In this document: one piece after another, positions 1-8,383 of the stretch
How the letters are laid out: each line of letters starts with the position of its first letter
Position numbering within the stretch: position 1 is the stretch's first letter
Source of the DNA: a virus
Direction: 5' to 3' (one strand)
Length of the DNA stretch: 37,417 bases
UHGV virus genome: UHGV-0367149
The notes under the pieces: model-generated
Databases searched by the model: none
The model's input: the letters and a program-made list of their open reading frames with translations, nothing else
What the model was told of the DNA's origin: nothing
Translations under genes and position numbers: made by a program

Positions 1-57
1 TACCAATAACGGCGAGTAAGTAGTACGCATCTTACCTCTTTTTTAGAGATAACCATT

Positions 58-168
58 ATGACAATAGAAAAACATGAAAGAAGCACTAAGGATTTGGTGA
101 AAGCAGCAGTATCGGGATGGCTGGGCACTGCGCTTGAATTTATGGATTTCAAGAGTCATACGTGTTAA
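58..168 (+). pseudogene. 5' fragment of a host MFS-type transporter gene (ydfJ-like), cut off at the prophage junction
   Basis: ATG at 58, 36 codons, TAA at 166-168 (MTIEKHERSTKDLVKAAVSGWLGTALEFMDFKSHTC). The N-terminus resembles MFS transporters; the frame ends where AT-rich phage arm DNA begins. Below the ORF-track length cut-off. Confidence 0.3.
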
Positions 169-187
169 CTATTTGATAAATATTAAA

Positions 188-1483
188 TTAATTTTTCATT
201 GCTTCGTTATGGGGCATGGTTGGGGCAAACTCGCTTAACTGTGTATTTAACAAAGCTACCTGTGCATTATTGTTTTCAGACATCCATTTTCCGTATACCT
301 GAAATACCATTTGCGCATCTGCATGGCCCATCTGGTTTGCTATAAATGCCGGGTTAGCACCAGCTGTCAGCGACCAGCAGGCATAAGTATGTCTCGACTG
401 ATATGATTTTCGATGGCGGAGTCCGGCACGTTTTATCGCTGCGTCCCACATCTGCCTTATTGAGTCAACGGTAAAATGGTCACCATAATTTTTTACTCTC
501 GCTGACACTTCAGGTTGAAAAACAAAGGTGCATTTTTGTTTTTCTGTTCTGCCATACTCTCTGAGGTGAACATCAATGATATGCTCTTTGCTCAGTCTCG
601 TTAATGTCATCTGACTCCGGAGAGCGTCGATTGCTGGCTTAATAAGATGAATGACCCGATTGGTTCCCGCCTGTGTTTTTGGTACCGTGAAACGGTCTTT
701 TGCTAAATTTCTCCTGATCATCATTGTTCCATTTTTCAGATCTATGTCCTCCCATCCAAGTGCACACAGCTCACCAGGGCGAACGCCAGTATAAACAGAA
801 ACACACCATAAATTTTTGGCTTGCTGATTTCTGCACGCATCGATAAGACGGATGAATTCCTCCCGCGAAAGAGGATCCGGAATGGTTCTTGATTCCTTTA
901 ATGGCGAGATCCCCTTAAACGGGTTATCTGCCAAGTAACCGTTATCAACACCAAACTGGAACACGGCGTTAAGATTTGTCATGTAATTATTTACAGTTAC
1001 AGCCGATCTCCCTGGTTGTGTAACAATATAGTTACTTTTGGGGATCTGGTATCCAGTCAGTAGCTCTTTACGAACCTCCAGTAATTTTTCTTTATTAATC
1101 GATGAGGCAAGATTTTTTTCACCGATTATGCTCAGGATATTTTTGATGACGGCACGGTATGTGTTGAGTGATGTTTTTGCGACTTCAGTTTCTTTCAGTG
1201 CCAGAAATTTTTCAGCCAGTTCTTTTATGGTTAAATCTTGTCGGGCCTCACCAAATTTTTCCAGATTGCGTGAGGAGGGAAACTGTTTTGCATAGTCGAA
1301 AACACCAGTTTTTATTGCGTAACAAACAGAGGCGCGTAGTTCACCTGCAACGCGCCTGTTTTTTGCTGTGTCAGGAACCCCCAGATTTTCCCTGACTCTT
1401 ACGCCTTTATAAACAAACCAGATACGTAATTTCCCTCCATGGTTTTCCACGCCTGTCGGATATTTCATTTCAACTTCTCTCAT
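188..1483 (-). CDS. int: phage integrase (tyrosine recombinase)
   Basis: 431-aa ORF at the prophage end. C-terminal region has a tyrosine-recombinase-like signature (...RHTYACWSL...GHADAQMVFQVYGKW). Start could instead be Met6 (1468). Confidence 0.88.
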   Translation of the reverse strand: MREVEMKYPTGVENHGGKLRIWFVYKGVRVRENLGVPDTAKNRRVAGELRASVCYAIKTGVFDYAKQFPSSRNLEKFGEARQDLTIKELAEKFLALKETEVAKTSLNTYRAVIKNILSIIGEKNLASSINKEKLLEVRKELLTGYQIPKSNYIVTQPGRSAVTVNNYMTNLNAVFQFGVDNGYLADNPFKGISPLKESRTIPDPLSREEFIRLIDACRNQQAKNLWCVSVYTGVRPGELCALGWEDIDLKNGTMMIRRNLAKDRFTVPKTQAGTNRVIHLIKPAIDALRSQMTLTRLSKEHIIDVHLREYGRTEKQKCTFVFQPEVSARVKNYGDHFTVDSIRQMWDAAIKRAGLRHRKSYQSRHTYACWSLTAGANPAFIANQMGHADAQMVFQVYGKWMSENNNAQVALLNTQLSEFAPTMPHNEAMKN

Positions 1484-1502
1484 TAGTTAGTGTGGCTTTT
1501 AG

Positions 1503-1754
1503 TCAAGTAAGATGACGTCTTGGTCTCGCTGATGCCTGGCGCTCAATCCAGCGATCAATTTCTTCCAGGTTGTAAAAGCATGGGCTGTTATCCCATGGCA
1601 TACCGTCATGAGCGACATGCTTATATTCCCTTCCTTCCATAAACGATTTTTCCCGGGCCTTTTTTAACGTACCTTTTTTTATTCCTTTCAGCGCAATTAA
1701 CTGCTCTTCGGATACCCATTTGCCGGGAGAGACAATCATGATTACTTCGCTCAT
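1503..1754 (-). CDS. excisionase-like / AlpA-type small DNA-binding protein
   Basis: 83-aa ORF immediately upstream of int on the same strand, the usual xis position. Small basic protein. Assignment is by position and composition only. Confidence 0.5.
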   Translation of the reverse strand: MSEVIMIVSPGKWVSEEQLIALKGIKKGTLKKAREKSFMEGREYKHVAHDGMPWDNSPCFYNLEEIDRWIERQASARPRRHLT

Positions 1755-1826
1755 CGATTTCTTTATCTCTTACATTAGACGAGCGCCGGTTGCAGAATAC
1801 CAGTCACAACCGGCGACAGTTGAACA

Positions 1827-4298
1827 TTAAGAATCAGCCTGACTCGGGATCAGTTTTTGCCAGATAACTGAAACGTATTTTGCCTGGTAACGGGCGTCAT
1901 CAAGTGCATTATGGCGCTCACCTTCGAATGGAATAGCCGTTCTGGCATCGAAGTCTATGGCTTTCCCCAGCTCAACGATTGTGCGTACATCGCGATCGTT
2001 GTAGTAACGCCACGGGCAGGGGATCCCCTGCCGTTCGTATGAACGGCGCAAAATCGTGTTGTCGAAGTTGGCTCCATTTCCCCAGACCTGAACAAAAAAT
2101 TCACCGGAGTTTTCGTCGATAAATTCCCGCAATTGTAACAGTGCATCATCTAACGGGATTTCATCGGTCATAATGGCAGATTGCGCTTCGCGTGATTGCT
2201 TAAGCCACCATTTAATGGTGTCCCGATCAATGACTCCGCCAGCAGTTTCCAGATCGATAGTCTTACTAAATTCCGGTCCCATATCTCCGGTTTGCGGATC
2301 GAAAAATATTGCACCTATTGAGATGATCGGGGCATCAGGATTTTTTCCCATGGTTTCAAGGTCTATCATTAGATGGTCACACGTCCTGCTGGTGGATGTG
2401 ATTTCGTGATGACCGTTCACCTTAATTGAGTGATCTGCCGTCTCGCCAGTTTCATTATCGCTATCGTGATGCTGATTGCCGCCAGCATTCTCCTTGTGTG
2501 GATGTTCAGCGCCTTCCATTTTCTCCGGATCATCTTCCTGAACTTCAACCTGATACTCTTCATCGAATGTTTCTTGGTATGTTGCGTCGCCCATCACCGC
2601 GCCACAATCAGGGCAGTTGCCACCGCCGGTCTGACCGCAGGCGGTGCAGACTTTTTCCACTTCCTGATGCGCCACTGGCTCAGGCTGTTTCGTTTCTGGC
2701 TCGTTTTGTAACGCATTTGGGCTGTTTTGTTCCGCTTTTTGGTAGTTCCGTTCCGATTCATGCTGGTTCTGGTTCACAGAATCGCGGGTCTGGATCCCCT
2801 TAACCCATTTCGGATCATTCGGGTCACTAATCCCTTCAACAAATTCACCACGTGATGCAGCAAGCAACTTATCGGCGTCAGGCTGGCTGATATTGGCTGC
2901 CTGCATAATTTTGTTTACTTCGTCAGCGGTAACTTTTATCGGCTCTGGTTGTTCTGAATCTTCAGCGGTATCTACATTTTGCGGTAAGCCCGTGTATGTG
3001 CCATTTTTTCGGGCAAAATATTCTTCTTTTGTGATTTCAGTGGCGCCAGCAGCCAGTGCCTTATCCAGACCAGAAAGTTTGTTTGCGCGACCGTATTTTT
3101 CTCCGTCCTTATCTGCGAAGAGGAAATAGAACGGCCCCTCACGCTCTACAGATGGTTCAGCTTCCGGCGCGGTTTCATTTTTTGGGATATCAGATACCTC
3201 AGTTTCCACTGCATCAGTTTGTGTTTCTGATGACTGGAGAACATCAACAGTGCCCAGGTCTGTTTCTTCATTCTCAAACACGCCCTTTGTCGTCAGGTAT
3301 TCGCAGATATATTTGTTCAGTGCTATGGGATCTTTGTGAATGTCGATCGGACGCTCACGGACAAGGCCAAAAATAGTTTGGCGGTCGTAGCGAAGGGCAT
3401 CAGGCTGTTTGCGCATTGATGCCGAGATACGCTTCCAGTCTTCGCGGTCGTTGTCGATAACTTCATTTTTTGCCCAGCGATGGATGCTGCCATCAATGTT
3501 TCCGGCATCCACATCACCAGGCCAGAGAGCGTAGGCCAGTTCGTCATCCAGTGTTTTCCATGTCTGCTTGTATTCGCGATGGATGGCAGCAATGACCGGG
3601 CTGATTTTTCCTGTTGAATTTTCAGTGTACTGTTGATTGGCTCTGGCGCGGGCGAGATCAACAACAGACGTGTATTTTCCGGTTTCCTTGCGTTCACCTT
3701 CGCGACGTTTTTTCCAGATGCGCATCTCTGCCTGAATTTCGGGCCATTTAGCACCAGGAATACATTTATGCTTAACCCACCCAATGGCGTGCAACTTAAG
3801 CTCCGGATACATGGCGTTAACTTCTGGCATTTTCATCAACGCTTCAACGATATGTCCGTCGAATGTTGCCATGTCTTCCTGCAACAATTCCTGTGCGCTA
3901 ATAACCATATCAACGGTGATGTTTTCACATGTGTCGAACTTAACCATGACAGCGTTCTGTACTTCAGGGGCCAGCTTGTCAAAAGTGACGTTCATCGGAT
4001 CGGATTCAGTCTCAACCGGGACAAAAGAAGCAGACTCCTCATCCCAGCGGTTTTCCTGCATATATTCAGCATCCCATGAATCGAGGGCAGGGCGGGGTAT
4101 GCCAGGTTTATCCTCGCAGACAATAAATTTATAAGCGCAGTCCTGAGCAGCCGGATAATGTTCCAGGAATTGCCAGTGAAATTTTGCGCGGGCGCGACGT
4201 TCATCACCGGCTTCAATGGCAGTGGCTACAGCGACGGCACCTTCTTCCTTTATTGCCTGTTCGCCCGGAATGGCGGCGCAAATAAAGACTTTACTCAT
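1827..4298 (-). CDS. exodeoxyribonuclease VIII-like protein (RecE/YdfE family) with C-terminal DnaQ-like 3'-5' exonuclease domain
   Basis: 823-aa ORF. Central segment ...PDADKLLAASRGEFVEGISDPNDPKWVKGIQTRD... recalled as RecE-like. C-terminus has DEDDh-type motifs (MIDLETMG..., ...WGNGANFD..., ...HNALDDARY). A CxxC...CxxC zinc ribbon (CTACGQTGGGNCPDCG) lies between them. Confidence 0.75.
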   Translation of the reverse strand: MSKVFICAAIPGEQAIKEEGAVAVATAIEAGDERRARAKFHWQFLEHYPAAQDCAYKFIVCEDKPGIPRPALDSWDAEYMQENRWDEESASFVPVETESDPMNVTFDKLAPEVQNAVMVKFDTCENITVDMVISAQELLQEDMATFDGHIVEALMKMPEVNAMYPELKLHAIGWVKHKCIPGAKWPEIQAEMRIWKKRREGERKETGKYTSVVDLARARANQQYTENSTGKISPVIAAIHREYKQTWKTLDDELAYALWPGDVDAGNIDGSIHRWAKNEVIDNDREDWKRISASMRKQPDALRYDRQTIFGLVRERPIDIHKDPIALNKYICEYLTTKGVFENEETDLGTVDVLQSSETQTDAVETEVSDIPKNETAPEAEPSVEREGPFYFLFADKDGEKYGRANKLSGLDKALAAGATEITKEEYFARKNGTYTGLPQNVDTAEDSEQPEPIKVTADEVNKIMQAANISQPDADKLLAASRGEFVEGISDPNDPKWVKGIQTRDSVNQNQHESERNYQKAEQNSPNALQNEPETKQPEPVAHQEVEKVCTACGQTGGGNCPDCGAVMGDATYQETFDEEYQVEVQEDDPEKMEGAEHPHKENAGGNQHHDSDNETGETADHSIKVNGHHEITSTSRTCDHLMIDLETMGKNPDAPIISIGAIFFDPQTGDMGPEFSKTIDLETAGGVIDRDTIKWWLKQSREAQSAIMTDEIPLDDALLQLREFIDENSGEFFVQVWGNGANFDNTILRRSYERQGIPCPWRYYNDRDVRTIVELGKAIDFDARTAIPFEGERHNALDDARYQAKYVSVIWQKLIPSQADS

Positions 4299-4391
4299 TT
4301 TGTTTTAACCTCATGACAGATTTAAGGATGAACAAATCCCTGCCATTGCTGGCATATAAGAATGAAACCGGATATTTATTACGGAACTGTT

Positions 4392-4583
4392 TTAAAGACC
4401 TGCCGGGATTTCGATATTATCCTGGTGAATAACTTTATCGACCGGGTAACAGTTACCGGGAATTTTCTGTTCGGTTGCTGCAGTCATACACTCCTGCATT
4501 GTCCTGTGAACACTGACTGCAATATCAACTGGCACTCCGGAAACAAGAAAAACTGTCAGAACAAGCGCAAATGCTGAATTCAT
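4392..4583 (-). CDS. ydfD: Qin-prophage small protein YdfD
   Basis: 63-aa product from the internal ATG at 4583 (MNSAFALVLTVFLVSGVPVDIAVSVHRTMQECMTAATEQKIPGNCYPVDKVIHQDNIEIPAGL), recalled as K-12 YdfD. Start overlaps the dicB stop (ATGA). Confidence 0.7.
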   Translation of the reverse strand: MNSAFALVLTVFLVSGVPVDIAVSVHRTMQECMTAATEQKIPGNCYPVDKVIHQDNIEIPAGL

Positions 4584-4768
4584 TGTGCACATCCTTTTGG
4601 CATCAGACGTAAACGAGCCAGCATTGAAACAATGCATATTTTATTTAATAGCTCCCGTTCTTGTTTTCTCTTGTTAATGGCATCTTCAGTAAATACAGGG
4701 TTACTGATAGTGACACCAATTTCAAAACAACCTTCAGACGTATTAACGTTTGGTAATAACGTTTTCAT
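4580..4768 (-). CDS. dicB: cell-division inhibitor DicB
   Basis: 62-aa product from the ATG at 4768 (MKTLLPNVNTSEGCFEIGVTISNPVFTEDAINKRKQERELLNKICIVSMLARLRLMPKGCAQ), matching DicB as recalled. GAGGA Shine-Dalgarno 7 nt upstream. The ORF track gives a longer GTG-initiated frame. Confidence 0.85.
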   Translation of the reverse strand: MKTLLPNVNTSEGCFEIGVTISNPVFTEDAINKRKQERELLNKICIVSMLARLRLMPKGCAQ

Positions 4769-4937
4769 TATCGCGTCCTCAACAATGAATTTTGTGATGC
4801 AGTGCCTGGTGCCTCCAGGTGACGTTAACCAGTTAACAATTAACGTCGGATACAGAGAATCCACCCATAACACTGTTTTTGGTTTTAACTGTTCCGCGTG
4901 CGCTTAGCCGTATTCACCGCATCACAAAATTCACTTT

Positions 4938-4995
4938 AAAAAGGGCGGCAGAGCAGTCACGGAGTAAAACTGATACCGCCAAACGTCACCAGAAA
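4938..4995 (-). ncRNA. dicF: DicF small regulatory RNA (ftsZ-targeting), including its intrinsic terminator
   Basis: Minus-strand sequence UUUCUGGUGACGUUUGGCGGUAUCAGUUUUACUCCGUGACUGCUCUGCCGCCCUUUUU matches DicF as recalled. GC stem plus U-tract at the 3' end. Lies between the ydfB-like gene and dicB, as in Qin. Confidence 0.8.
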
Positions 4996-5254
4996 ATTGA
5001 TAACAGAGGGCGTTGCAGCGGGGTTGTCACTTAAGCGTATGGTCAACCTGACAACCCGGTGTCCTCAACGGGGAAGGAATAACCCCGCCATACTTACCGC
5101 CGCGCCATTTTGCGGGTTGCCACAACCGGAAGCGCACGGTCGAATTAAATTTAACGACACCGTACAGTGAGACGAACTTCGCCGTGCGCTTTCGTGTTGT
5201 GTGCCTGCTTTTAACCACGTCAGGCGAGGTGGTATCCTTAAAATCACCACAGTT

Positions 5255-5830
5255 TTAAGGATTCATTAAGCAATGTCGCAACCACCAATAAATCCGCTTA
5301 AGAACATGAAAATTGATTACTGGTATAAAGCTCTTACAGTTGTTGGCGCAGCGTTGTTTGTCTTTAATGGAACGTCTTTTTTTGACAGATATCCCGTTGT
5401 TCCATTGGGTTTTTTGTCCTCCGGCATCTTTTTTATTGGTTTGGGGGAGTGGATTAATCACCCTCTCATAGTGAGATTTATTGGTCCTGGAGTTTGGACT
5501 CGTGGATATAATCGTTCTTCGTGCGCACTCGGTATCATCTTCGACATACTTGGTTGTTTCCTGATTGTTACAGGAGTCGTCAAGTTCTTCTGATGTAAAA
5601 CCGCAAATGGGGCACGTAACGGGAATTTTGAAAAGCGTTTCTCCGGGTTCCAGAACAAAATTTTCTGCGGTCTGATTTTGCTTCTCATATTTGTGCTCCG
5701 CGTCATTGTGAGAGCACATTCTTATTCTGAGTGCCTGTTTAAACTCACTGAAGCTGAGAGCTTCTTCGCCTTCGGCAAGGCCTTCGAAGTATTCTTCGTA
5801 AGCCTTTTCCATGATTGTGTCGAAATCCAT
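5255..5830 (-). CDS. hypothetical protein at the ydfB/ydfC position of the dicB operon (extended ORF with a CPICG motif)
   Basis: ATG at 5830 lies 1 nt after the ydfA stop with an AGGTGAG Shine-Dalgarno. N-terminus MDFDTIMEKAYEEYFEGLAEGEEALSFSEFKQAL... is acidic and protein-like. The 3' two-thirds is low-complexity and overlaps an antisense ORF, so the true 3' end is uncertain. Confidence 0.4.
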   Translation of the reverse strand: MDFDTIMEKAYEEYFEGLAEGEEALSFSEFKQALRIRMCSHNDAEHKYEKQNQTAENFVLEPGETLFKIPVTCPICGFTSEELDDSCNNQETTKYVEDDTECARRTIISTSPNSRTNKSHYERVINPLPQTNKKDAGGQKTQWNNGISVKKRRSIKDKQRCANNCKSFIPVINFHVLKRIYWWLRHCLMNP

Positions 5831-5831
5831 A

Positions 5832-5987
5832 TCACTCACCTGAGTTTCTTTCCAGCCAGCGACGGGCACCATTTTCGGTTTTAAACGTTTTGCTTTTGGT
5901 ATACGTCATCGCGGTGAACGTGCCGTCCTGGTTGGGGAACACGCCACATACCAGAGATTCGCTGTTGCCAAGATCGATAGTATCCAT
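5832..5987 (-). CDS. ydfA: Qin-prophage small protein YdfA
   Basis: 51-aa product from the ATG at 5987 (MDTIDLGNSESLVCGVFPNQDGTFTAMTYTKSKTFKTENGARRWLERNSGE), recalled as near-identical to K-12 YdfA. Immediately downstream of the DicA-like gene. Confidence 0.72.
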   Translation of the reverse strand: MDTIDLGNSESLVCGVFPNQDGTFTAMTYTKSKTFKTENGARRWLERNSGE

Positions 5988-6179
5988 GCTGACCTCATTT
6001 CCCCTTAACGCCGGGGTAGCGGAACTGTTTGCTGAGAACACCGTGCGGTGTCTTGATGGAGGTAATTTAGTTTTCTCATTATTTTTCGTCAAGGTTTTTT
6101 GATGAGAAAACTCAAGTGTTGGCGCAAGATAAAGCCAATACATTGAAATGTAAGGCTTTAAAATTTTGTGAAGGGATGA

Positions 6180-6587
6180 TTATTGATGCTTGTTGCGTTT
6201 GCGAGCCTCTAATAGCTCGGTGAACAGGCGATTAAAATTCTCAACGCGGGCGCGGAGTTCGCTGAGTTGTGCTTGTTGCTCTGATTTAGGAAGTGCGCGA
6301 TACAAACGCAGCATCTCTAACTCATCTTCCGATAAGTCTAAGGCACTATCGAGTGAAACAGGGGGAGCTGGTGTTTTGTCCTCGTCGCCAAACAGTATCC
6401 AAGTTGGTGAACATTGCAATACCTCGGCGAGGCGATGCAAATTTTGCCCGCGCGGGGCTGTATGGTCACTTTCCCATAATGAAATTGATGAGCCAGATAC
6501 GCCAGCAGCTTTGCTTAAACCGTTTTGACTTAAGCCTACCTGCTTACGTCTTTCTCTAATGCGTTGACCTAAAGTTTTCTCGTTCAT
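6180..6587 (-). CDS. DicA-like HTH (XRE-family) prophage repressor
   Basis: Product from the ATG at 6587 (MNEKTLGQRIRERRKQVGLSQNGLSKAAG...LQCSPTWILFGDEDK...) is colinear with K-12 DicA as recalled, roughly half identical. Divergent from the Cro-like gene. Confidence 0.85.
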   Translation of the reverse strand: MNEKTLGQRIRERRKQVGLSQNGLSKAAGVSGSSISLWESDHTAPRGQNLHRLAEVLQCSPTWILFGDEDKTPAPPVSLDSALDLSEDELEMLRLYRALPKSEQQAQLSELRARVENFNRLFTELLEARKRNKHQ

Positions 6588-6664
6588 ATTTAGATATCTT
6601 AATAACCCTTGACTTGAGATTCCTTGAGTGATTAGCATTGAGAAAACTCAATATTGGAGGTGCG
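6588..6664. promoter_or_regulatory. divergent promoter/operator region between the DicA-like repressor and DicC-like Cro genes
   Basis: 77-bp AT-rich intergenic region between divergently oriented repressor and Cro-like genes. Contains TTGACTTGAGATTCCTTGAGTGATTAGCATTGAGAAAACTCAATATTG with repeated TTGAG/CTCAA half-site-like elements. Operator positions not resolved. Confidence 0.45.
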
Positions 6665-6892
6665 ATGTTTAAATCAGACGTAATTAATTTTTACGGTACG
6701 AAAGCCAAAGTAGCGAAAGCTGCTGGCGTTGACCCATCTGCTGTTTCTCAATGGCAAGAGCTGGTTCCTGAAGGTCGCGCGATGCGTCTACAGGAGGCAT
6801 CTGGCGGCGAGCTTCTGTATGATCCCAAGGTTTATGACGAATATCGTAAGACGAAGCGGGCGGGGCGGTTGAACAATGAAAATCACTCCTGA
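6665..6892 (+). CDS. DicC-like Cro-type small regulator
   Basis: ATG at 6665 with GGAGG Shine-Dalgarno (6656-6660). 75-aa product MFKSDVINFYGTKAKVAKAAGVDPSAVSQWQ...; its C-terminal half resembles DicC as I recall it, but I am unsure of that recollection. Confidence 0.7.
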   Translation: MFKSDVINFYGTKAKVAKAAGVDPSAVSQWQELVPEGRAMRLQEASGGELLYDPKVYDEYRKTKRAGRLNNENHS

Positions 6893-7397
6893 ACAGGCTC
6901 GTGAGGCTCTGGATGCCTGGATATGTCGACCAGGAATGACACAGGAGCAGGCGACGATATTAATCACTGAAGCATTCTGGGCTTTGAAAGAGCGCCCGAA
7001 CATCGATGTTCAGCGTGTCACAGATGAAGGTGGCGCGGTTGATCAGCGAGCACTTGGCGTTAATCGAGTGAAGATATTCGAACGCTGGAAGGCTATCGAC
7101 ACCAGGGATAAGCGTGAAAAGTTCACGGCGCTAGTGCCTGCAATTATGGAGGCTATTCGGATTAATGATTTCAGGTTGTATCGTGAAATTAGTGACGGAA
7201 AAAGCATCACGTACATGATCGCCGGGTTAAACAAAGAATATGGCGATGTGGTGGAGTCCGGACTGCTTTTTGCTGATCCTGCCGTAGTGGATCGTGAAAC
7301 TGACGAACTTATAGAAAAAGCAATTGCTTTCAAACTTGCGTATCGACAGCAATACCAACAAAAAGCTGGATGGAATTATGAGCCTTCTTTTTGCTGA
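6876..7397 (+). CDS. YdaT-family protein (CII-like / putative toxin family)
   Basis: 173-aa ORF whose start overlaps the Cro-like stop. The segment ...VKIFERWKAIDTRDKREKFTALVPAIMEAI... parallels Rac YdaT (...NIYHRWLKGETKTAREKIQKLIPAILAIL...) as recalled. Confidence 0.55.
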   Translation: MKITPEQAREALDAWICRPGMTQEQATILITEAFWALKERPNIDVQRVTDEGGAVDQRALGVNRVKIFERWKAIDTRDKREKFTALVPAIMEAIRINDFRLYREISDGKSITYMIAGLNKEYGDVVESGLLFADPAVVDRETDELIEKAIAFKLAYRQQYQQKAGWNYEPSFC

Positions 7398-8343
7398 ACG
7401 CCCACTGGTTATAAACACACAGCTTGCGATGAAGATTGGCTTAAATGAAGCCATTGTGTTGCAGCAGTTGCATTACTGGTTGAGAGATACCAATTCCGGC
7501 ATGGAATGTGATGGTGTTCGCTGGATTTACAACACAACGGAACAATGGCTGGAACAGTTCCCATTCTGGTCAGAGTCAACGTTAAAGCGCGCGTTTGCAA
7601 GTCTGAAAACGCTGGGGCTTTTGCGTTGTGAAAAGCTCAATAAATCAAAGCGCGATATGACCAATTTCTACACGATCAACTACGGGAGCGAGCTTTTAGA
7701 TGGTGGCAAATTGAGCGAATCCATCGGTTTAAAATGCGCCGCTCCATCAGGTCAAAATGACACGATGGAAGAGGTCAAAATGAAACGCTCCATTGGTTCA
7801 AAACGACCCAATGTCATCGGGTCAAAATGGCCTGATGATCTTACAGAGAATACAACAGAGATTACTACAGAGAATAAAAACACTTTTCGTCCGGAAGCTT
7901 CGCAACCGGACCCGCAGACCGCTGAACAGGATTTTTTAACCCGGAACCCCGACGCGGTTGTGTTTAGTGCGAAAAAACGCCAGTGGGGTAGCAGGGAGGA
8001 TTTGGCGTGTGCGCAGTGGATTTGGGGGCGGATCGTGAACCTTTACGAACAGGCTGCCAGCGACGATGGAGAGATCATGCGACCAAAAGAGCCTAACTGG
8101 ACAGCCTGGGCCAATGACGTGCGCACAATGCGGATGCTGGATGGCAGAAGCCACAGACAAATTTGCGAAATGTTTGGTCGGGTACAGCGAGATCAATTCT
8201 GGGTAAAAAACATCATGAGCCCGTCAAAACTCCGCGAAAAATGGGACGAACTGGTCATCCGCCTGGGACGTTCACCTGTAAAGCGTTGTGTGAATCATAT
8301 TTCTGAACCGGATACAGAAATTCCGCCTGGTTTCAGGGGATAA
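7378..8343 (+). CDS. phage replication initiation (O-like / replisome-organizer) protein
   Basis: ATG at 7378 (the ORF track begins at an upstream TTG at 7324). N-terminal HTH-like region MSLLFAERPLVINTQLAMKIGLNEAIVLQQLHYWL... Sits after the Cro/YdaT genes, as YdaU does in Rac. Confidence 0.5.
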   Translation: MSLLFAERPLVINTQLAMKIGLNEAIVLQQLHYWLRDTNSGMECDGVRWIYNTTEQWLEQFPFWSESTLKRAFASLKTLGLLRCEKLNKSKRDMTNFYTINYGSELLDGGKLSESIGLKCAAPSGQNDTMEEVKMKRSIGSKRPNVIGSKWPDDLTENTTEITTENKNTFRPEASQPDPQTAEQDFLTRNPDAVVFSAKKRQWGSREDLACAQWIWGRIVNLYEQAASDDGEIMRPKEPNWTAWANDVRTMRMLDGRSHRQICEMFGRVQRDQFWVKNIMSPSKLREKWDELVIRLGRSPVKRCVNHISEPDTEIPPGFRG

Positions 8344-8383
8344 GTGTTGATTTTAGGGTATAAAGTAATGTTCAGGAGGACTT

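Noticed and set aside
2173-4134. Multiple plus-strand ORFs (78-148 aa) inside the exonuclease VIII-like gene
   Set aside because: Antisense to a long gene with recognisable domains; no start-site signals and no protein-like composition.
5273-5593. 106-aa plus-strand ORF with three hydrophobic segments (possible superinfection-exclusion-like membrane protein)
   Set aside because: Lies entirely antisense to the better-supported minus-strand gene that starts at 5830 with a good Shine-Dalgarno right after ydfA. Phe/Leu-rich antisense frames are a common artefact opposite Lys/Glu-rich coding. Not excluded, see the finding on this locus.
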